Both the position numbers and the translations under genes were made by a program. Below are positions 25,301-32,000 of a stretch of DNA of 32,000 bases, one piece after another. The notes beneath the pieces were generated by a model. That model worked only from the letters and a program-made list of their open reading frames with translations, was not told the origin of the DNA and did no database searches. Position 1 is the stretch's first letter. Each line of letters opens with the position of its first letter. The DNA is from Methylorubrum extorquens (GTDB lineage: Bacteria; Pseudomonadota; Alphaproteobacteria; Rhizobiales; Beijerinckiaceae): positions 4,950,001 to 4,982,000 of the forward strand of contig LT962688.1 in the NCBI GenBank assembly GCA_900234795.1, written 5' to 3'.

Positions 25301-25747
25301 CTCGGTGACGTCGTCGTAGAGGATCAGCAGGCGGTCGTTCGCCTGCGGGTAGACGGAGACCTCGAACCAGCGCCCCATCGGCGTGTCCGTGTGCTCCAGC
25401 CGTGTCGGCAGGCCCGTCGCGGCGATGCGGTCGTAGGTCTCGACCCACCAGAGATCGAGGTCGGGCACCACTTCGCGTCCCGTCCGCCCGCGTGCTTCCG
25501 CGGCCGGCAGACCGACCAGCCGCTCGAAGGCGGGATTCAGCTCGATGTAGCGGAAATCGACGGCTCGGCCCTGCTCGTCGCGCACGAATTCGAGTTCGCA
25601 GAAACCCTGCCCCATGGTCTGGAACAGGGTGCGGTACTTCTCTTCGCTCGCCCGAAGCGCCGCTTCGGCCCAATCGAATTCGAGGATCCGTTGCGCCGTT
25701 GCCTCGCGATTCGACGGCCACCCGGGCGGGTCTGTTCTTTGGCCCAT
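22349..25747 (-). CDS. Cytoplasmic multi-PAS/GAF sensor histidine kinase of the HWE family (1132 aa)
   Basis: PAS-like segments recur (EEKYRTLFQTM..., SEERFRTLAELVP..., SEARQRALVEGIP...), interleaved with GAF-like blocks. The C-terminal H-box is ELQHRTRNLITVVRSLA, followed by ELATNARKYGA and ...LALHWSE..., which is typical of HWE kinases. I see no TM segment. Confidence 0.9.
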   Translation of the reverse strand: MGQRTDPPGWPSNREATAQRILEFDWAEAALRASEEKYRTLFQTMGQGFCELEFVRDEQGRAVDFRYIELNPAFERLVGLPAAEARGRTGREVVPDLDLWWVETYDRIAATGLPTRLEHTDTPMGRWFEVSVYPQANDRLLILYDDVTERKVAEMALRDREERQAFLLALSDAVRSLTDPEAIQSAACRLVGERLDVDRCYYATADEAAGIIRIAWDHVRGDAPSIAGEHRLADFAWSAEILRRGECHVLADTQASVPEASRPAFAALQIGACMGTPLIKNGSLVGALWVTHSTPRDWTGADLGLLREVAERIWSAVERGRAEADIRRKNAVLEGINRIFREALTAPTEEELGRVCLAVAEDVTQSAFSFMGEVDHENDRFDELSISDRGWQHFAMENSAFSKGVGPKGLKIHGLYGRVLRDGKSLIANDPGSHPDRIGTPAGHPSLQAFLGVPLKRNGQTIGMIGLGNRAGGYRSEDLEAAEALAPAILQALLSKRTADTLRESEERFRTLAELVPSLLWNCDPEGKVIVVNQQWGAYTGQTQDEVQNGGWLATIPTDEREETKRIFTEAFTTGRPVERQQRIRRRDGPFRWFLIRHAPARDAEGRITRWIGAATDIHDQHIAAQSLRAEEARQAFLLDLADRLQDQTDPQAALQTVVEALGRHLGAGRVGYARLSADGKQIERQVGYHAESEARLGPLPITAFGRAVLDRLRNGETIIVDDAAAVAAPGVWQQGAVGSFVAVPLVRDGRVRTVLYLTHRQPRTWTRSETTLIEEVAARTWEAAERAQAETELRTSEARQRALVEGIPQLVWRAGDGGAWSWASPQWCRYTGQTEAESRGFGWLDAVHPEDRDRAQNAWSGAAAAEVLAVDYRIRHAPEGRYRWFQSRALPLREGSDIVEWLGTSTDIDDLRQLQEQQGVMVAELQHRTRNLITVVRSLAEQTMARSDSMPMFRARFYDRLAVLSRVQGLLSRSTIEPITLHALIATELDALGAWEASDRIYLDGPSVRLRKATVQTFALALHELATNARKYGALSGDTGRLSVTWRTYTEDDRMRLALHWSETEIERPREEGAAQRRGYGRELIEKALPYALDARTRYELSETALHCSIDLPLTERRKAARQTKDRETPP

Positions 25748-25878
25748 CCTGCGCCCTGCTGCGGCTCGATGGGCATCACCTAATCGGCAGGTTGTCGATT
25801 TTGTAAAGCACGCTTGCGTTGTGGAGCCCTACCTCGCCGAGATGTGTACGGTGCGCGATATGTACGAGGTCCGGCCCG

Positions 25879-25915
25879 CCGCACCGCCGGTTCCGGCCCG
25901 GAACCGGCGGTGCGG
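25879..25915 (-). terminator. 16-bp perfect GC-rich hairpin just downstream of the iorB stop
   Basis: ccgcaccgccggttcc (25879-25894), loop ggccc, ggaaccggcggtgcgg (25900-25915). It starts 13 nt after the minus-strand stop at 25928. It has no U tract. Confidence 0.45.
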
Positions 25916-25927
25916 AGGCCCCGCGGC

Positions 25928-28125
25928 TTACGCGCCGCGCAGGCTCGACAGGTCGAGCGGCAGCGAGCGCAGGCGCTGGCCCGTCGCGGCGAAGACCGCG
26001 TTGGCGATGGCCGGCGCCAGCACCGGCACGCCGGGTTCGCCGATCCCGGTGGGAGCGACCTCGGACGGCACGATGTGAACATCGACCCGCGGCATCTCGG
26101 AGATGCGCGTCGGCTGGTAGCTGTCGAAGTTCCTCTCCTGCACCACGCCGTCCTTGAGGGTGATGCGGTTGCGCAGCACCGCCGACAGGGCGAAGCCCAC
26201 CGCACCCTCGACCTGGGCGCGCACCACGTCCGGGTTCACGGCGATGCCGACATCGACCGCCGCCACGATCCGGTTGACCTTCACGCCGGACTCGCCCGCC
26301 GTGACGTCGGCCACCATCGCGACGTAGGAACCGAAGGATTCGTGCACCGCCACGCCGAGGCCGCGGCCCTTTTCGGAGGGTTTGCCGCCCCAGCCAGCCT
26401 GCTCGGCGGCGAGCTTCAGCACGCCCGACAGGCGCGGCGCGCGGGTCAGCAGCGACAGCCGGTAGGCGACCGGATCGGACCCCGCGGCATGGGCCAGCTC
26501 GTCGATAAACACCTCCATGACGTGGGCGGTGTGGGTGTGGCCGACCGACCGCCACCACAGGACCGGCACGCCCTCGCGGGCGTTGTGCACCTCGAAGCGG
26601 TAGGCCGGGAGCGCGTAGGGCGTGTCGGAGGCGCCCTCGACGGTGGTGGAGTCGATGCCGTTCTTGACGAGCATCGTCTCGAACGGCGAGCCGATCATGA
26701 TCGACTTGCCGACCATGGTGTGGCGCCAGCCGGTGATCTGGCCCTTCTCGTTCAGGCCTGCCTTGACCGTGTGGTGGACCTGTGGGCGGTAATAGCCGGC
26801 CGCCATGTCGTCCTCGCGGGTCCAGACAAGGTGGACCGGCGCCTTGCCGTCCCAGGCCTTCACGATCGCGGCGGCTTCGGCGAAGTAGTCGGCGCCCGGC
26901 GTCGCCCGCCGGCCGAACGAACCGCCGGCCCATTGGGTGTGCAGCCGGACCCGGTCGGTCGTGACGCCCAGGGTCGCCGCCACCACCGCCTGCTCGATCG
27001 TCTGGATCTGGCAGCCGGCATAGACGTCGAAGCTGCCGTCCGCCGCGCGCTCGATCGTGGCGTTCAGGGGCTCCATCGCGGCATGGGCCAGGTAGGGGGA
27101 AGGAGAATTCCGCCTCCAGCACTTTGGCCGAGCCCTTGATGGCGCCATCGGCGTCGCCCGCCTGCGAGGCGACGAGACCGGAGGTCTTGGCCGTCTCGCG
27201 GTACTCGGCGAGGATCGCGTCCGAGGAGCGGGTCTCGGCGGCGGAATCGTCCCAGGTAATCTTCAGGGCCTCGCGGGCCTTCATCGCGGTCCAGGTGTCG
27301 CGGGCGATCACCGCCACGCCGGTCGGGATCGTGACGATGCCGACGACGCCGGGCATGCCTTGCGCGGCCTCCGCATCCACCGACTTCACCGTGGCCCCGA
27401 AGCGCGGCGGGTGGGCGACGAGCGCCGTGACCTGACCGGGGCGGCGGATGTCGAGGGGAGTAGATCGCGGTGCCGTCGGTCTTCGCCGCGGAATCGATGC
27501 GCGGCACGCGCCCGCCGATCAGCGTCCACTCGGCCGGCGTCTTGAGGCGGGGCTCCTGCGGCACCGGTTTGGCGGCGGCGGCCTCCGCGAACTCGCCGAA
27601 GCGGGCCTGCTTGCCCGACTTGTGGCTGATGACGCCCTTGGCGACGGTGATCTCGCCCGCCGGTACGCCCCACTTGTCGGCGGCGGCGGCGATCAGCATG
27701 GCGCGGGCGGCCGCACCCGCCTTGCGGAGCTGGAACCAGGAATTGGCGATCGCCGTCGAGCCGCCGGTGCCCTGGACCGGGCCCATCAGCAGGTTGGCGT
27801 AGAGCTTGGCGTCGGCCGGGGCGAAGGCGACGCGCATCTGCCCCCAATCCGCGTCGAGTTCGTCGGCGAGGATGGTGGTGAGCCCGGTCGTGTTGCCCTG
27901 GCCCATATCGAGATGCTTGATCATCACCGTGACGGTGTCGTCGGCGGCGATCCGCACGAAGGCATTGGGCTGGGCCGGGGCCTTCGACAGCGCGTCCGAG
28001 GCTTCCGCGGCGCGGGCACCCTTCAGGTCGAGGCGGAAGGCGAGCAGCATGGCACCCGCCGCCGCACCGCCGAGGAAGGCGCGCCGCGAGGGGATGGGCG
28101 CATCAGTCAGGTCTCGCTTGAGCAT
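25928..28125 (-). pseudogene. iorB: Molybdopterin-binding oxidoreductase beta subunit (IorB / aldehyde oxidase-xanthine dehydrogenase family), interrupted by two +1 frameshifts
   Basis: The protein can be followed through three ORF-track frames. First, MLKRDLTDAPIPSRRAFLGGAAAGAMLL (Tat-type signal) ...TDGTAIYS. Second, [break at the G4 run 27455-27458] LDIRRPGQVTALVAHPPRFGATVKSVDAEAAQGMPGVVG...LEAEFSFP. Third, [break at the G5 run 27095-27099] YLAHAAMEPLNATIER...LPLDLSSLRGA*. Confidence 0.85.
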
Positions 28126-28160
28126 GCCGGGCTCCAAATCTTGATAGGCTGCGGGGCGGC

Positions 28161-28616
28161 TCAAGCGAGCGTGCGGGCGGCTTCGTGGATGGCGGCGCGG
28201 ATGCGCTGGTAGGTGCCGCAGCGGCAGACATTGCCGTCCATGGCGCCGTCGATATCCGTGTCGCTGGGCTTCGGGTTCTCGGTGAGCAGGCCGATGGCCG
28301 ACATGATCTGGCCGGACTGGCAGTAGCCGCACTGCACCACGTCGAGGCCGCGCCACGCCGCCTTGACGGCATCGGCCACCTTGCCCTCGACGCCCTCGAT
28401 CGTGGTGATCTTGGCCTCGCCGACATCGCCGATGCGGGTCTGGCAGGCGCGCACGGGCTGGCCGTCCATGTGCACGGTGCAGGCGCCGCATTGGGCGATG
28501 CCGCAGCCATACTTGGTCCCGGTCATGTCGAGGCGGTCGCGGATCACCCAGAGCAGGGGCATGTCGGGGTCAGCATCGACCTCCCGGGCCACGCCGTTCA
28601 GGTTGAGGGTCAGCAT
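28161..28616 (-). CDS. iorA: [2Fe-2S]-binding small subunit (IorA / aldehyde oxidoreductase small subunit)
   Basis: GCGIAQCGACTV and CGYCQSGQIM...NVCRCGTY are the two 2Fe-2S cluster motifs of the small subunit. At 151 aa, it sits directly upstream of iorB. Confidence 0.9.
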   Translation of the reverse strand: MLTLNLNGVAREVDADPDMPLLWVIRDRLDMTGTKYGCGIAQCGACTVHMDGQPVRACQTRIGDVGEAKITTIEGVEGKVADAVKAAWRGLDVVQCGYCQSGQIMSAIGLLTENPKPSDTDIDGAMDGNVCRCGTYQRIRAAIHEAARTLA

Positions 28617-28690
28617 GGGCGCTCTCCGAGAGGAAGCTGTCGCACGAAGCGCCCGGGCTCAGGACCGCCATCGGGCCGCGAGATGCGCTT

Positions 28691-28734
28691 CGGCACCGTC
28701 ACTTGGTGTCGGCACCTGGAGTGTCGGCACTTGG
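28691..28734. repeat. Three CGGCAC copies, including a 13-bp direct repeat TGTCGGCAC(C/T)TGG x2 with 15-bp period, in the iorA / kinase divergent intergenic region
   Basis: CGGCAC occurs at 28691-28696, 28710-28715 and 28725-28730. The sequence around them reads cacttggTGTCGGCACCTGGagTGTCGGCACTTGGaa. Confidence 0.35.
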
Positions 28735-28958
28735 AATCGTTCCGAGTTTGATCCTGTCCGCTCGTTCCCGATGTGCGGGAGCGCACTCCGATAAGGATGA
28801 GACGTTTCCGCCCCTGGATCTACGCAATTCGCCGGATCGTCGAAGCCGCTTCTTAACGGTTCGCACGGCACCCTGCGGGCTCTCCACCTCACCCCGTGCG
28901 CCGCTAGAACACGACCGGGCGCCCGGCGTTCCGATCCCGATTGGCGATCTCGACTGTT

Positions 28959-30500
<1,542 letters not shown>

Positions 30501-30506
30501 CGGAGG

Positions 30507-31544
30507 TCAGTCCGCGCTCTTGCCCGAGACCCCCGCCTGCTCGAACGTCGCCATGTCGCGGTGGCAGGCGAGCGCGCCCTTCAGCAGGCCGAGCGCCAGG
30601 GCCGCGCCGGAGGCTTCGCCGAGGCGCATATCGAGCGACAGGACGGGCTTGAGGCCGAGCCGTTCCAGCACCTCGCCATGCGCGCCCTCGGCTGAAAGAT
30701 GCCCGGCGATGCAGTGGTCGAGGGCGTGAGGGTCGGCGGCGTGCAGAATGGCCGCCGCGGCGGTCGCGACATAGCCGTCGAGCACCACCGGCACCCTTTG
30801 CAGCCGCGCGGCGAGGATGGCCCCGGCCATCGCCGCGATCTCCCGGCCGCCGAGGCGCGCCAGGATCGTCAGCGGGTCGCCGAGATGATCCTTGTGGGTG
30901 TCGAGCGCCAGCCGCACGGCCTCAGCCTTGCGGGCGAGGCCGGCCGCATCGAGGCCGGTGCCGCGCCCGACCCAGTGCTCGGCCTCGCCGCCGTAGAGCG
31001 CGGCGTAGATCGCCGCCGCGACCGTGGTGTTGCCGATGCCCATCTCGCCGACCCCGAGGCAATCGGTGCCCGCCGCCACCGCTTCCATGCCGAAGGCCAT
31101 GGTGGCCACGCACCCTTTCTCGTCGAGGGCGGGGCCGGAGCAGATGTCGCCGGTCGGCAGATCTACCGCGAGGTCGAACACCCGGAAGCCGAGGCCGTAG
31201 GCGGCGCAGAGCTGGTTGATCGCCGCCCCCCCGGCGGCAAAGTTGTCCAGCATCTGCCGGTTGACCGCGGCCGGGAAGGCCGAGACGCCGCGCTCCACCA
31301 CGCCGTGGCTGCCGGCGAACACGCAGACCATCGGCCGGTCGAGCGTGGGCTTGGCCTTGCCCTGCCAAGCGCCGAGCCATTCCACGAGACCTTCGAGCCG
31401 CCCGAGCGCGCCCGGCGGCTTGGTGAGGCTGGCATCCCGCGCCCGGATCGCGGCGACCGCGTCCCCGTCGGGGCCGGGCATCTCCGTGAGCAGGCGGCGG
31501 ATGTCGGCGAAGGGCGAGGTGTCGGGGGTCGGGCTGGAGGTCAT
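30507..31544 (-). CDS. cobT: Nicotinate-nucleotide--dimethylbenzimidazole phosphoribosyltransferase
   Basis: LTKPPGALGRLEGLVEWLGAWQG, GEMGIGNTT and MRLGEASGAA are characteristic CobT motifs. The length is 345 aa. Confidence 0.9.
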   Translation of the reverse strand: MTSSPTPDTSPFADIRRLLTEMPGPDGDAVAAIRARDASLTKPPGALGRLEGLVEWLGAWQGKAKPTLDRPMVCVFAGSHGVVERGVSAFPAAVNRQMLDNFAAGGAAINQLCAAYGLGFRVFDLAVDLPTGDICSGPALDEKGCVATMAFGMEAVAAGTDCLGVGEMGIGNTTVAAAIYAALYGGEAEHWVGRGTGLDAAGLARKAEAVRLALDTHKDHLGDPLTILARLGGREIAAMAGAILAARLQRVPVVLDGYVATAAAAILHAADPHALDHCIAGHLSAEGAHGEVLERLGLKPVLSLDMRLGEASGAALALGLLKGALACHRDMATFEQAGVSGKSAD

Positions 31545-31712
31545 CGGCAGGGCTCGTGCGCGTCGGATGCGGGAAAAACGAAGGAGGTCGCCCGATCGGT
31601 GCGGGAATTGCCACCGGATAGCCAGCGGCGCCGCGTAGCAGGCAGCCGGCTCCCGGCGCTATAGAAGCGGACGGGCCCGCGGTACAGGCGGCCGAAGGGA
31701 AGGGCAGCGGAA

Positions 31713-32000
31713 TGATCGAGCGCAGTGGCCGCGATCTCGGACCGCCCTTTCCCGGGGCGGAGCTGGTCTACGATCTCGCCGCCTGCCTTCGCTTCTTTAC
31801 CCGCCTGCCGGTTCCGCCGCTGCCCGACGAGCCGGCGCCCTACGCCGCGCCGGATTTTCGCACCGTGCCGCGGATGCTGCCGCTGGCGGGGCTGCTGATC
31901 GCCGTGCCCGCCGCCCTGGTGCTGGTGCTGGCCTGGGAGATTCGGCTCGGGCCGTTCGTCGCCGCGGCACTCGCCCTGGTGGCGCTTGCGCTCATCACCG
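31713..32000 (+). CDS. cobS: Adenosylcobinamide-GDP ribazoletransferase (cobalamin synthase), 5' part; continues beyond the window
   Basis: The ATG at 31713 gives MIERSGRDLGPPFPGAELVYDLAACLRFFTRLPVPP...MLPLAGLLIAVPAALVLVLAW. The F(L/F)TRLPVP motif and TM-rich sequence are CobS-like. It is divergent from cobT. It is not in the ORF track because no stop falls within the window. Confidence 0.75.

Noticed and set aside
22233-25783. ORFs 22233..23453 (-), 22376..24193 (+, 605 aa), 25004..25783 (+) and others inside the HWE kinase gene
   Set aside because: The 1132-aa frame has coherent PAS/GAF/HWE architecture. The others are shadow frames.
28706-28740. Sigma-54 promoter (TGGCAC-N5-TTGC) at the CGGCAC repeats
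   Set aside because: The hexamers read CGGCAC rather than TGGCAC. Ten nucleotides after each GG there is GT or CG instead of the -12 GC, so the -24/-12 register fails.
31545-31712. Possible cobalamin riboswitch in the cobT/cobS divergent intergenic region
   Set aside because: The context is tempting and there are loose similarities (ggtgcGGGAAttgccaccgg, AGCCAGcgg). However, the B12-box core (approximately AGCCAGGAGACCTGCC) and the conserved GCCACTG-type elements are not present as far as I can judge by eye. An Infernal/Rfam scan would be needed to overturn this.

Overview
This is a high-GC (about 68-72% by hand counts of 60-nt lines) alphaproteobacterial chromosomal segment. It looks Rhizobiales / Methylobacterium-like, but the organism cannot be determined from the sequence alone. 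Most of it is ordinary housekeeping and accessory-metabolism genes. In order: gshB (5' end only), a small secreted Cys-rich protein, a coupled small-protein/lipoprotein pair, RNase HI, Mpg-type 3-methyladenine glycosylase, ZapE, a three-gene TadE/TadE/TadG-vWA cluster, a GNAT acetyltransferase, YcgN, a class A PBP, two coupled membrane-anchored proteins, OhrR, a cytochrome c, GlcD, a small glycine-rich secreted protein, a DUF6894-like protein, RlmJ, an RNase T2, an exported hypothetical, an extensin-like lipoprotein, an amidase, a 1132-aa multi-PAS/GAF HWE histidine kinase, IorA/IorB-type molybdoenzyme subunits, a membrane HisKA kinase, cobT and the start of cobS. I found no rRNA, tRNA, CRISPR array, transposase or integrase. 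I do not see a convincingly novel multi-gene system. The best candidate is a compositionally foreign island at about 5.2-8.06 kb (38-58% GC in places). It carries an orphan TadE-TadE-TadG(vWA) pseudopilin/tip-adhesin-like module with no Tad secretion machinery nearby. A second theme affects annotation. Five reading-frame breaks in four genes (GNAT, ycgN, the small glycine-rich gene, and iorB twice) are each a net +1 insertion inside a mononucleotide run. That pattern suggests homopolymer assembly errors rather than true pseudogenes. Smaller observations: an RNase HI with a C-terminal ribbon-helix-helix-like domain; an intrinsic terminator inside a 464-bp leader/intergenic region; an identical bipartite promoter-like motif in front of two adjacent secretory genes; rlmJ without a canonical start codon; an OhrR with no ohr partner; and several repeats in intergenic regions. 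Many long ORFs in the supplied track are antisense or alternate-frame artefacts typical of high-GC DNA.
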